From positions 1 to 45,907 of the forward strand of contig JAFTHJ010000048.1 in assembly GCA_017457465.1 (NCBI GenBank): DNA of 45,907 nt. The letters run 5' to 3'. Positions 1-9,185 of this stretch are shown in pieces (the first letter of the stretch is position 1; each line of letters starts with the position of its first letter). This DNA is from Clostridia bacterium. Its GTDB lineage: Bacteria > Bacillota > Clostridia > Oscillospirales > CAG-272. Under the pieces are notes generated by a model. It made no database searches, was not told the DNA's origin, and worked only from the letters and a program-made list of their open reading frames with translations. Made by a program: the position numbers and the translations under genes.

Positions 1-238
1 AGGTTACACCGTGATTAAACATATCACAGATGATATAGAGGTCGTGACCTCTGAGAGATTCATGAAGAAGCGCCTTTGCCTCTCCCGTGCCGACTCTGGG
101 GCAGTCAACGTCAACGAGGAACGAGCCCTCTCCGCCGTGACGACGCCAATCCTTCAAATAATAGTCAACCTGCGCTGCGAATTGTTCGCATCCTTTCATT
201 CCGATAACACTGAGATCCGCGTAGTATGGTCCCTTCAT
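1..238 (-). CDS. ribose-phosphate pyrophosphokinase-like protein, N-terminal fragment (gene runs off the window start)
   Basis: Minus-strand ATG at 238 is preceded by GGAGGGG. The translation MKGPYYADLSVIGMKGCEQFAAQVDYYLKDW...CPRVGTGEAKALLHESLRGHDLYIICD resembles the N-terminal domain of PRPP synthetase (RFSDGE / ESVRG.DV.II pattern). It has no stop inside the window, so it is missing from the ORF track. Confidence 0.45.
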   Translation of the reverse strand, partial: MKGPYYADLSVIGMKGCEQFAAQVDYYLKDWRRHGGEGSFLVDVDCPRVGTGEAKALLHESLRGHDLYIICDMFNHGVT

Positions 239-310
239 TTGCCCCTCCATGCCTTTATTATTTTATATTCCGCGGCGTACGCCGCCAAAGTCAAATTAAC
301 TCCGCTAATA

Positions 311-339
311 ATTATAACATATATTTCCGCTTTTTTCAA
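311..339 (-). promoter_or_regulatory. sigma-A type promoter for the prs-like gene
   Basis: On the minus strand: TTGAAA (334-339), a 17 nt spacer, then TATAAT (311-316). Confidence 0.5.
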
Positions 340-442
340 ACAATTTTTTCAATTTTTCGGTATTTATTGATAAAATATATGTTTGCATAAATTTCAGCGA
401 AATATTTTGATATAATTGTCAATTTTGATATTCCAAAACCGC

Positions 443-2824
443 TTATTTCAGCTCGACAACGGTAACTCCGCCGTCTCCCTCGCCGTAAGCGCCTATTCTG
501 AAGGACGCTACACGCCCATCCGCCTTGAGATATTTCCAAAGCGCGTTCTTGAGCGCACCCGTCCCCTTGCCGTGAATAAGACGAACTCGGGAGAAGCCCG
601 CAAGCTGCGCCTCGTCGAAATACTTGTCAACAGCGCTCCAAGCCTCGTCGCCCGTCTTTCCACGCAAATCTATCTCGTCGCGGAAATCGCGGCTCACTGT
701 CATTTTGTAAGCGCCTCTCTGACGGCTGAATTTCTCGGCGACACTCTCCTCCTCAAGCAGCTCAAGGTCGGAAATATCTATCTTCGTTCGGATTATTCCC
801 GCCTGAACTCCCACCTTGCCGCTCTTGTCGGGCAGGTCGGTGACAACCGCCTTTCGGCTCAAGCTCACGATAAGCACCTCGTCGCCCACCTTAAGCACTC
901 TGGGAAGAACGTATTTCTCGTCTCTCTTTCGCTCGGTAACGGGGTTGTACTTTCCCTCGTTGTTCCGTATATGCTCACGAAGCTCACGTCTCGCTCTGTC
1001 AAGCTCCTCGCCGAGCCTCTCGGAATCGCGTTCGCGTCTGACCTTATCCATCTGCGCCATAATAAAGTCGCTTGATGCCTTGGCGCTCTCAACCATAGTC
1101 TGCGCCTTTGCTCTTGCAGATTCAAGCGTCTTTTCAGCCGAGTCAAGTTTGCGGCGTATTTCCCTCTCGGATTCCTCTCTCTGCCGCTCACATTCCTCTC
1201 GCACCGCTCTCGCTCTCTCAAGCTCACGTTCCATCTCGTACCGACTCGCCTCAAGCTCACCTATGACATTTTCAAAGTGCTTGTTTTCCTCGCTCACATA
1301 TCCCTCTGCCCTCTCGATTATATGCTCGGGAAGACCGAGCTTTGCCGATATCGCGAAGGCGTTCGATTTACCCGGTGCGCCTATTACCAGCTTATAGGTC
1401 GGGCGAAGCGTCTCAACATCGAACTCACAGGAGGCGTTGCATACCCCCTCGGTGTCGAGCGCGTATGCCTTCAGCTCCGTATAGTGCGTAGTCGCCGCGC
1501 AGAGCGCACCCGCGTCTCTTACATTCTCTATGACCGCCACAGCGAGAGCAGCTCCCTCGACGGGGTCTGTTCCCGCGCCAAGCTCGTCAAACAAGACCAG
1601 TGAGCGGTCGTTTTTCTCGTTTATTATCGAAACTATATTCACCATATGAGAGGAGAAGGTAGAGAGCGACTGCTCTATGCTCTGCTCATCTCCGAGGTCA
1701 ACAAGTATCTTCTCAAAAAAGCAGACACAGGAGCCGTCCTCGGCTGGGATATGAAGCCCCGATTGCGCCATAAGCGCGAAAAGTCCGAGCGTTTTAAGCG
1801 TGACCGTCTTTCCGCCCGTATTCGGTCCCGTGATTATCAGTGTGTCGTAATCCTTGCCGAGAGCGACGTTTATCGGAACAACAGTCGCCTTATCTATAAG
1901 CGGGTGTCTTGCCCTTTTAAGCTCTATGCGCCTATCCTCGCATATAATTGGCTCACAGGCATCCATGCGGCGTGAAAGCTCGGCACAGGCGAAGATAAAG
2001 GCAAGTTCGGTGATATTCTCATAGTTCAGCAATATCTGCGAGGCTATCGCGCTGACCTCCGCCGACATCTCCATAAGCACCCTCTCTATCTCGTGTGCTT
2101 CCTTTGATTCAAGCATTCGCAGCTCGTTATTCGCCTCTACCACTGCCATCGGCTCGACGAATATCGTCGCGCCCGACGAGGACGTGTCGTGAATAAGTCC
2201 CTTTACGTCATTTCTGCATTCCGCTCTGACAGGGACGACATATCTTCCGCCCCTCTGGGTTACTATATTTTCCTGAAGATATTTTGAATACGAGCCATTC
2301 ACATATGTCTTCAGCGTATCCTTTATCCTCGAATTTGTGGCTCTTATTTTTCTTCTTATGTCTCCGAGCGCGGGACTTGCCTCGTCGGCAATCATATCCT
2401 CGGATATTATCGAACGCGCTATTCTTTCCTCGAGCTTCTTGTCGGGGAGCAGACGCTCAAAAATCTCATCAAGCACGGTGTCAAAAAGCTTGTTCGAGCG
2501 GATATAATCCTTCAGCATCCTCGAGCTTCTCAAAACCGCCGCCACGTCCATAAGCTCACGCGGGGTGAGTGTCGCTCCTTTATCGGCTCTCTCGCAGACT
2601 CCGCTCAGATCGACCACACCGCCGAACGACGGCATACCCTTGGCGTCAGCCAGTCGACGCGCGTCGGTCGTGCGCCTCTGCGCTCTGTGGGCAAAATCAA
2701 TATTCTCGGCGGGTGTAAGCTCCGAGGCAAGTGCCGCAGCCCCCGCCGTGGGGGCGAGGGATGCGAGTATATTTCTTATTTTGTCAAATTCAAGTGTTTT
2801 AAGCGTTTTATTACTTATTTTCAT
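443..2824 (-). CDS. mutS2: endonuclease MutS2
   Basis: 793 aa. Walker A GPNTGGKT, a MutS domain V pattern, a long coiled-coil region and a C-terminal Smr domain (IDLRG...IHGKGTGALK). Confidence 0.95.
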   Translation of the reverse strand: MKISNKTLKTLEFDKIRNILASLAPTAGAAALASELTPAENIDFAHRAQRRTTDARRLADAKGMPSFGGVVDLSGVCERADKGATLTPRELMDVAAVLRSSRMLKDYIRSNKLFDTVLDEIFERLLPDKKLEERIARSIISEDMIADEASPALGDIRRKIRATNSRIKDTLKTYVNGSYSKYLQENIVTQRGGRYVVPVRAECRNDVKGLIHDTSSSGATIFVEPMAVVEANNELRMLESKEAHEIERVLMEMSAEVSAIASQILLNYENITELAFIFACAELSRRMDACEPIICEDRRIELKRARHPLIDKATVVPINVALGKDYDTLIITGPNTGGKTVTLKTLGLFALMAQSGLHIPAEDGSCVCFFEKILVDLGDEQSIEQSLSTFSSHMVNIVSIINEKNDRSLVLFDELGAGTDPVEGAALAVAVIENVRDAGALCAATTHYTELKAYALDTEGVCNASCEFDVETLRPTYKLVIGAPGKSNAFAISAKLGLPEHIIERAEGYVSEENKHFENVIGELEASRYEMERELERARAVREECERQREESEREIRRKLDSAEKTLESARAKAQTMVESAKASSDFIMAQMDKVRRERDSERLGEELDRARRELREHIRNNEGKYNPVTERKRDEKYVLPRVLKVGDEVLIVSLSRKAVVTDLPDKSGKVGVQAGIIRTKIDISDLELLEEESVAEKFSRQRGAYKMTVSRDFRDEIDLRGKTGDEAWSAVDKYFDEAQLAGFSRVRLIHGKGTGALKNALWKYLKADGRVASFRIGAYGEGDGGVTVVELK

Positions 2825-2848
2825 CTTTCATACCGTACGGTCAAGCCG

Positions 2849-3643
2849 TCACTTATTTTTTACTGTTTTAAAGAAGTCAAGTGTGTCAAACCCTCTCTCA
2901 AGATGGTTGTGCAAATATGTCTCCCCAAGCCTCGAGAAATCCGCTATATCGTTCTCCTCCTTAAGCTCAAAGGCAAAGAGCCTCTCGCGGCGCGCTCCGA
3001 GCACGTAGCGAACCGACGCCAGAACCGCGCGGTTCATCGGGAAAAGAATATTTCTCGCTGAATAGGCGTCAAGCTCGGGAATAGGCAGTCCTCCGCTTCC
3101 CGCCGACCTGCACTCCTGACAGACAAGAGAGCCGTTCATCACATCGAGATACATAGTATCGGCACAAGCGCAGCCACAGCTATAGCACCCCGACACGTCA
3201 GGCGTAAATCCCGAGCAGTCGGCGGCAAAAAGCTCGTATGCTCCCTTTATAATATCAAGCGGCTTGAGCTTATTCTCTATCGCGTAAAGAGTGTTGAGCG
3301 TCATTTTGAGAACCGTCTCGGCGCGGACGCCCTCTCCCGTTATCTCACTCGCGACCTCAAGAATATACGCTGCGAGTGCAAATCCCTCTATGTCCGAATT
3401 GAGCTTGAAAAAGCTGTCGTTGACCGAGCCGCCCGCAAGCCATCTCATTCCGTTCTTTTCGTAATATTCAAAATTTCCGTATGTAAAAAGTCTGCACAAA
3501 GACATATTCTTACTGCGCATACTTCGGGCGCCCTTGGCGCAAATAAGTATCTTTCCGTACTCTGCCGTAAGGACAGTGAGAAGCTTATCGCTCTCCCCTG
3601 TCTCTGTCTCGCGCAAAACGAGTCCGTCAACCGTTCCCCGCAC
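2849..3643 (-). CDS. recO: DNA repair protein RecO
   Basis: 264 aa with a GTG start. It has an N-terminal OB-fold pattern (GLVLRETETGESDKLLTVLT) and a Cys-rich zinc motif (CYSCGC...CQEC). It sits directly downstream of era, as in other Firmicutes. Confidence 0.9.
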   Translation of the reverse strand: MRGTVDGLVLRETETGESDKLLTVLTAEYGKILICAKGARSMRSKNMSLCRLFTYGNFEYYEKNGMRWLAGGSVNDSFFKLNSDIEGFALAAYILEVASEITGEGVRAETVLKMTLNTLYAIENKLKPLDIIKGAYELFAADCSGFTPDVSGCYSCGCACADTMYLDVMNGSLVCQECRSAGSGGLPIPELDAYSARNILFPMNRAVLASVRYVLGARRERLFAFELKEENDIADFSRLGETYLHNHLERGFDTLDFFKTVKNK

Positions 3644-3656
3644 CGTACTTCCTTTC

Positions 3657-4544
3657 TTATTCCTTGTCGGAATATCCGAAATTGCTTACCATTCCAACGC
3701 TGTCGCGCCAGTTTTCCTTGACCTTTACCCAAAGATTCAGATATACCTTTGTTCCGAAGAACTTCTCAAGCTCCTCACGGGCATATGTTCCGATAAGCTT
3801 GAGCGCCTCGCCTTTCTTACCCACGATAATTCCCGTATGAGATGCCTTCTCGCAGAATATCTCGGCGCGGATACTGATGAGAGTTCCCTCGTCGCGGAAT
3901 TCCTCGATTACTACCGCCGTTCCGTGAGGAACCTCCTTGTTGAGTGTGCGGAGTATCTTCTCTCTGATTATCTCTGCGGCTATCTGTCTCTCGGGCTGGT
4001 CTGTGACCATATCCTCGGGGAAGAACCACTCGGATTCCGAGAGAAATTTATCGCACTCGGCAAGAAGCTCACCGACATTCTTTCCGCTTCTCGCGCTTAT
4101 CGGCACAAAAGCGTCAAAGCTATGCTTCTCGGAATACTTGGCAAGAGCCTCGGCAATATCCTCTCTGCGGTACATATCTATTTTATTTAGCGCGAGAATC
4201 GCGGGTATTCCCGACTTTTTGAGATATGCGATAACATTCTCCTCTACTGCTGTTATCTCCTTGCCCGTGTCAACCACGAGTATAACCGCGTCTGCCTCCT
4301 GCATAGAGGAATTAGCCGCGTTTACCATATATTCTCCCAAGGTGTTCTTGGGATTGTGCATACCGGGAGTGTCGAGAAAGACATACTGGTTCTCGCCTAC
4401 CGTGTGTATTCCTATTATTCTGTTTCTCGTCGTCTGCGGTTTGCTTGAAACGATAGCAACCTTCTCCCCGAGTATTGAGTTGAGCAGCGTGGACTTGCCC
4501 ACGTTCGGGCGTCCTACTATAGCTATAAATCCTGTTTTTTTCAT
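3657..4544 (-). CDS. era: GTPase Era
   Basis: G1 motif GRPNVGKST, plus DTPG, NKID and a C-terminal KH domain. The start is set at the internal ATG (MKKTGFIAIVG), which is preceded by GAAAGGA. The longer ORF-track start at 4592 falls inside repeat DNA. Confidence 0.95.
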   Translation of the reverse strand: MKKTGFIAIVGRPNVGKSTLLNSILGEKVAIVSSKPQTTRNRIIGIHTVGENQYVFLDTPGMHNPKNTLGEYMVNAANSSMQEADAVILVVDTGKEITAVEENVIAYLKKSGIPAILALNKIDMYRREDIAEALAKYSEKHSFDAFVPISARSGKNVGELLAECDKFLSESEWFFPEDMVTDQPERQIAAEIIREKILRTLNKEVPHGTAVVIEEFRDEGTLISIRAEIFCEKASHTGIIVGKKGEALKLIGTYAREELEKFFGTKVYLNLWVKVKENWRDSVGMVSNFGYSDKE

Positions 4545-4558
4545 CTTTATCCTTTCTT

Positions 4559-4679
4559 GGGGGAACTTTTCTTTCGAGAAAGGTTCCCCCAACCCCCCTC
4601 CAAAGAACTTGCTGTTTTTTTGCAGGGGAACCCTTCTTTCGGAGAAGGGTTCCCCTGCACCCCTCCGAAGAACTTGCTG
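4559..4679. repeat. two tandem ~56-nt hairpin-plus-tail units (GGGGAAC hairpin family) in the ybeY-era spacer
   Basis: Unit 1 (4559-4614): GGGGGAACTTTTC...GAAAGGTTCCCCC followed by the tail CCCCTCCAAAGAACTTGCTG. Unit 2 (4624-4679): GGGGAACCCTTCT...AGAAGGGTTCCCC followed by the tail CCCCTCCGAAGAACTTGCTG. The tails are 19/20 identical. Confidence 0.8.
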
Positions 4680-4692
4680 TAATTTATTTTTC

Positions 4693-5178
4693 TTATTTTA
4701 CTGCGAGACCGAGCATTTCCATAACCGCGGTCTGTCTGCGGCGCATATCAAGCTCCTCGTCCTCGCCGTTTACGTGGTCGTAGCCGAGCAGATGGAGCAT
4801 CGAATGAACGCAGAGGAAAGCCACCTCTCGCTCAAAGCTATGTCCGTATTCCTCCGCCTGTGCCTCCGCGCGTTCAAGCGAGATAACTATATCCCCGAGC
4901 ATATTCTGAAGCTCGTCCACAGGCGGCTCGTCACTGCCGTCATAATCAAAGAGCGGGAATGAGAGCACATCGGTTGCGCTGTCTATCTTTCGGAAGCTAT
5001 TATTGAGCTTTCTTATCCCCTCATTGTCTGTAAAGGTGACCGAGACCTCACAGTTGTTTTTATAGCCCTCATATGCGAGTGTCGCCTCAACCGACATTCT
5101 GACAAGCCACTTAAGCTTATAGGTTATCTCTGTCTTATCCTGTGAATTTTCAAAATATATCATCAATTTATTACTCAT
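4693..5178 (-). CDS. ybeY: rRNA maturation endoribonuclease YbeY
   Basis: 161 aa with the zinc motif HSMLHLLGYDH. Its start overlaps the phoH stop by 8 nt. Confidence 0.93.
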   Translation of the reverse strand: MSNKLMIYFENSQDKTEITYKLKWLVRMSVEATLAYEGYKNNCEVSVTFTDNEGIRKLNNSFRKIDSATDVLSFPLFDYDGSDEPPVDELQNMLGDIVISLERAEAQAEEYGHSFEREVAFLCVHSMLHLLGYDHVNGEDEELDMRRRQTAVMEMLGLAVK

Positions 5179-6232
5179 TTCTGTCTCCTCCCTCGGGGCG
5201 CTTTGCCCTTGTGTTCTTTATCTGTCTGTCCGCCCGATATCGGCTCTCCGAGCGAGACTCGGCGCGTTCCTTATCGTATTTCTCGTAAGCTCTGATTATA
5301 CTCTGCACGAGCTTGTGTCGCACTACGTCACGGTCGGTGAAATGGTGAACGGAGATATCCTCTATTCCCTCGAGTATCCTCACCGCCGTAGCAAGACCGC
5401 TCTTCTGCCCCGAGGGCAGGTCGGTCTGCGTGAGGTCGCCCGTAATTACCGCCTTTGAGTTAAATCCGAGTCTTGTGAGGAACATCTTCATCTGCTCGGG
5501 CGTTGAGTTCTGCGCCTCATCGAGTATGATAAAGCTGTCGTCAAGCGTTCTTCCTCTCATATACGCAAGCGGAGCTATCTCTATAATTCCCTTTTCTATA
5601 TGTCTCTGATAATTCTCCGCGCCCATCATCTCAAAGAGCGCGTCATAAAGCGGACGGAGATAGGGGTCTATCTTGCTCTGCAGGTCGCCCGGGAGAAAAC
5701 CGAGCTTCTCTCCCGCCTCTATCGCGGGGCGCGTGAGGATTATTCTGCTGACCTGCTTTTCGCGAAGCGCCTTGACCGCCATAGCCACCGCGAGAAATGT
5801 CTTTCCCGTTCCCGCGGGACCGACGCCAAAGACGACGGTGTTCTTGGATATGGCTCTCACGTAATGCTTCTGCCCCACCGTCTTTGCCTTTATCGGCTTT
5901 CCCTTTGCGGTAATACATATACAGTCCTGCTCAAGCCCCGAAAGCTCATTTTCCTTGCCGTCCTTGAGCATATCTATAACGTATCCCACCTGTTGGTCGT
6001 TAAGCGTCTCGTTATATCTCGCCATATCTCCGAGGTATTTGACGGCATCCGCCGCCATTCTCACGCCCTCGGCGCTCTCTCCGCTTATCATAACGGCGTC
6101 GCCGTCGTCGTCCGAGCGGTTATATATCTGCACCCCAAAGGAATTCTCTATCATTCTGACATTAGCGTCAAAGCTCCCGAAAATCCTCGCGGTTATCTCG
6201 GTGTTTTCTATTCTGACGGTTTTCTGCTCCAT
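5171..6232 (-). CDS. phoH: PhoH family ATPase
   Basis: 353 aa. Walker A GPAGTGKT, Walker B ILDEAQN, and the conserved RPAIEAGEKLGFLPGD stretch. Confidence 0.93.
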   Translation of the reverse strand: MEQKTVRIENTEITARIFGSFDANVRMIENSFGVQIYNRSDDDGDAVMISGESAEGVRMAADAVKYLGDMARYNETLNDQQVGYVIDMLKDGKENELSGLEQDCICITAKGKPIKAKTVGQKHYVRAISKNTVVFGVGPAGTGKTFLAVAMAVKALREKQVSRIILTRPAIEAGEKLGFLPGDLQSKIDPYLRPLYDALFEMMGAENYQRHIEKGIIEIAPLAYMRGRTLDDSFIILDEAQNSTPEQMKMFLTRLGFNSKAVITGDLTQTDLPSGQKSGLATAVRILEGIEDISVHHFTDRDVVRHKLVQSIIRAYEKYDKERAESRSESRYRADRQIKNTRAKRPEGGDRNE

Positions 6233-7420
6233 TTACGGCAATCCCTCTATCTCTATCTTTTTTATTCTGGCGATATCTTCAATACATTCAACCCGATATT
6301 TCAGTATACAGGAAGTGTCCGTATACTCGCATATCCTGCTTTTGCGTATCAGCTCACTCTCGCAAAGCGCCTCACGCATCTCGATATCGAGCTTGTATTC
6401 GGCAAGTCCGAGCGCCTCATCGGGGGTACGCTCGGCACTCTCGTAGGTATACTCCAGATATCTCACCGTCCGTATTCCCACGGGAAGCACTCCCGCCGAA
6501 AATATATCAAGATATTCTACCGTATCTATTTTATCACAACTCTCATATGAATTTCCACTGTTTCCGTAAAATTTTATTTCTTTTTCGAAAAAAACAAGGT
6601 ATTTTTCGGTAAAAGTACGCCCTGTATAAACCTTTTTATCGTATTTGAGCGGTATCTCGGCGCAAAAATCCCTCTCGACTCTGCCGAGAACTACGCCGTG
6701 CGCGTTTGTATATCTTATTCCCGCCGTCTTTGAATCGTAAAGTCCGCTGACTATAAGCTCCCCCTCGCGCACGTAATCGCCGATATTAAGGACTATCTTT
6801 CCTCTGACATTCTCGAAAAGCTCTATATATCCGTCACGCGCCGCGACAATATTCGAAGCCGCGTATCTCTCCCCCTCCTCGGGGATGACCTCGCTCTCCC
6901 TTATCTCGACCTCCGCCACCGTACCGATAATATTTATCGACATCCACGATATATCGTCCGAGGCTATCATCACCCTGTTCTCCACAGAAGCGGTATCGAC
7001 ATCTCTCCGCAGGTCTCCGACAGACAACCCGCATTCGCCGAGCGCCGCTATGACCTCCTCCTCGCGAAGCCGCTCATTTCCGTCTATTCGGATATCCCAT
7101 ATAACTCTGCCCGAGAAAAAAATAATAGCCGCGAAAAGCAAAAGCCCAGCGAGGACTCCGTAGCGGCGGCGGTAACGCATAAACAGGGCGGGAACACCAT
7201 ATGCGCGTATCTCCTCAAGCTCAACTCCCGCCTCGGCGCACCTCTGTTTGAGTCTGGACGATACCGCAAGTGAGCATCTGAAGAAAAAGCGCTCTCCCTC
7301 AAAGGCGCTCTTTCTGTATATAAATCCGTGTTTTTGACATATATTCATTATTCTCGCGGCGTCTTTTCTGTCAGCTCCGAAAAGCTTGTATCCGCCGAGA
7401 AAAAGCAGCACTCTTCTCAT
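6233..7420 (-). CDS. yqfD: sporulation protein YqfD
   Basis: 395 aa, with one TM segment near residue 90 and the conserved NIVA..DG.I......G......GD.V..G.LLVSG pattern. It lies in the yqfC-yqfD-phoH order. Confidence 0.85.
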   Translation of the reverse strand: MRRVLLFLGGYKLFGADRKDAARIMNICQKHGFIYRKSAFEGERFFFRCSLAVSSRLKQRCAEAGVELEEIRAYGVPALFMRYRRRYGVLAGLLLFAAIIFFSGRVIWDIRIDGNERLREEEVIAALGECGLSVGDLRRDVDTASVENRVMIASDDISWMSINIIGTVAEVEIRESEVIPEEGERYAASNIVAARDGYIELFENVRGKIVLNIGDYVREGELIVSGLYDSKTAGIRYTNAHGVVLGRVERDFCAEIPLKYDKKVYTGRTFTEKYLVFFEKEIKFYGNSGNSYESCDKIDTVEYLDIFSAGVLPVGIRTVRYLEYTYESAERTPDEALGLAEYKLDIEMREALCESELIRKSRICEYTDTSCILKYRVECIEDIARIKKIEIEGLP

Positions 7421-7713
7421 TTTTCCGCCTCCTCAAAGGATATCTCTGTTATCCTGCCCTCTATCCCTACCGCGTCGGCATAATATGACGAGCATATCAA
7501 GCCCTCTCCCCTCACCGTAATTTCGGCATCTCGGACACGGAGTTTTATCTGTTGGGGCGTATAAAGCAGTATTCTACCCGCTCCTCGGAGCATCACTCCG
7601 CTCCTGCCGCGCACCTCAAGCATATATCCGTAAGGAAGAACATCTCCGTCAAGCTCAAGCGCCCGTCTCAATTTCTCTCCAAGTCGCTCCCGCTCTCTTT
7701 TCTCATCTTTCAT
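7417..7713 (-). CDS. yqfC: sporulation protein YqfC
   Basis: 98 aa from the internal ATG (MKDEKRERERLGEKLRRALELDGDVLP...), which is preceded by GGGGGGA. Size and the L.V.G...I.GEGL.I pattern fit YqfC. Its TGA overlaps the yqfD ATG (ATGA). The longer 162-aa ORF would collide with ylbJ. Confidence 0.75.
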   Translation of the reverse strand: MKDEKRERERLGEKLRRALELDGDVLPYGYMLEVRGRSGVMLRGAGRILLYTPQQIKLRVRDAEITVRGEGLICSSYYADAVGIEGRITEISFEEAEK

Positions 7714-7823
7714 AGCTTCCCCCCGCCTTTTGCCGAGACGGAATATTCCCGCGTCGGTCAAAGTAAGATTTACCGTGGGTATTCCCACTTTCAAAAACAT
7801 TCTATGAGAGGAAATATTGTGAA

Positions 7824-8978
7824 ATGACGAAAAGATGGCGCAACAAAGCCGACAGGATAAAAAAAGAAAGAGGGGCAATACCCCTCGGACAGATAATATT
7901 CGCATTTATGAGCCTCTTTGCTCTGGCTCTCGTGATACGAAATTCGGATGTTGCGATAAAATATATGGGCGAGGGACTCCGCCTTTGCGCCCGAACCGTC
8001 ATCCCCTCACTCTTTCCCTTTATGGTAATATCCGACCTCGTGGTAAAGAGCGGCGCCGTATCCATCATAGGAAAACGCTTCAACCGCCCTATAAAAGCGC
8101 TTTTCGGAATCGGCGGCGACGGCGGATGCGCCGTGCTTCTCGGATTTCTCTGCGGATTCCCTGTCGGCGCGAGAGCGGCTGTCTCTATGTACGAAAGAGG
8201 GAAACTGTCGCGCTCCGAGCTTGAGAGGATACTGACTTTTTCAAATGTCCCAAGCTCCGCCTTTATTATAAACGCCGTCGGCATAAGCCTTTTCGGAAGC
8301 CGCTCATTCGGTGTCGCGCTCTATGTTTTTATTCTGCTCTCCGCTCTCATCACGGGACTGCTCCAGAATCTTATTTTTAAAGCTAAAGCAAAAAAGGGAA
8401 AAAAGTACGATGAGTATATTCAAAATACTTTCCCAAAAGAGAATCACACAAGCATCTCAATAAGTGAGCTTACCTCCTCGATATCCGACTCGGCGACAGG
8501 AATGCTCAAGGTCTGCGCTTTCGTGGTCTTCTTTAACGCATTTGTCGGAATACTCGGCTCTGCGTGTGAATCACTCGCGCTCCCCGAATATGCCCGAGCA
8601 GCGCTCTTCGGAGTCTTCGAGCTGACAGGGGGAATATCTGCCGCCGCCGCGCTCCCATCGGCGCATAGCGCAGCCACTCTCGCGGCACTCGTCTCGGGCT
8701 GGTCGGGACTGTCGGTGCATTTTCAGATAATGAGCCTCTGCCCCGAGGGAGAGATATCCTTCAAGCCCTATTTTGCCGCAAAGCTCTTTCAAGGAATTCT
8801 CTGCGCCGCTCTTATGAGCCTCTATTTCCGCCTCGCCTCGCCAAGCCTCACTCTCCGTTCTGACGGCATATCGGCATACGCCCCACACGGCGTTATACCC
8901 GCTTTCGTGCTCCCGATATGTATAATTTTCTGTGCCGCGGTCTTGAAAAAACTCTTAACAAAAAAAGACAGACTGTAA
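7824..8978 (+). CDS. ylbJ: sporulation integral membrane protein YlbJ (nucleoside-recognition/Gate domain)
   Basis: 384 aa and polytopic. Contains VIPSLFPFMVISDL and LLGFLCGFPVGA motifs typical of YlbJ-like proteins. Confidence 0.7.
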   Translation: MTKRWRNKADRIKKERGAIPLGQIIFAFMSLFALALVIRNSDVAIKYMGEGLRLCARTVIPSLFPFMVISDLVVKSGAVSIIGKRFNRPIKALFGIGGDGGCAVLLGFLCGFPVGARAAVSMYERGKLSRSELERILTFSNVPSSAFIINAVGISLFGSRSFGVALYVFILLSALITGLLQNLIFKAKAKKGKKYDEYIQNTFPKENHTSISISELTSSISDSATGMLKVCAFVVFFNAFVGILGSACESLALPEYARAALFGVFELTGGISAAAALPSAHSAATLAALVSGWSGLSVHFQIMSLCPEGEISFKPYFAAKLFQGILCAALMSLYFRLASPSLTLRSDGISAYAPHGVIPAFVLPICIIFCAAVLKKLLTKKDRL

Positions 8979-9001
8979 AAGATACAGAGATAAATAAAAA
9001 G

Positions 9002-9017
9002 GGGGCAGAAGGACTTG
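9002..9017 (-). repeat. 16-nt exact copy of the tRNA-Trp 3' segment (tRNA positions 56-71)
   Basis: GGGGCAGAAGGACTTG at 9002-9017 is identical to 9190-9205 inside the tRNA-Trp gene. Same orientation, 188 nt apart. Confidence 0.75.
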
Positions 9018-9148
9018 GTCTCGTCGCAACACCGCAAAGCCGCTTTTGATGCGCCTTTGCTACGCTTCTCGGTCAGTCGCGGTTCTGACAACACACTGTG
9101 TTGCCATTCATTACCGCTCCCATTCAACCCCTTCTGTGCGAATCCGGC

Positions 9149-9185
9149 AAAAAAGAGAGATGACTTAAAGTCATCTCTCTTTTTT
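9149..9185. terminator. bidirectional rho-independent terminator
   Basis: A 10-bp stem (GAGAGATGAC / GTCATCTCTC) with a 5-nt loop, flanked by A6 on one side and T6 on the other. It directly abuts the 3' end of tRNA-Trp. Confidence 0.8.

Noticed and set aside
4559-4679. Possible CRISPR array (tandem palindromic repeats)
   Set aside because: There are only two units, the spacing between them is about 8 nt rather than a 30-nt spacer, no cas genes are present, and the units belong to a dispersed hairpin family.
3937-4962. 341-aa plus-strand ORF spanning era, the repeat spacer and ybeY
   Set aside because: It is antisense to two confidently identified genes and reads straight through the palindromic repeats. 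The Ser/Leu-rich composition is typical of antisense frames. The same reasoning applies to 33402-34412 (+), 5600-6550 (+), 416-1075 (+) and the 30737-31432 portion of the 427-aa ORF.
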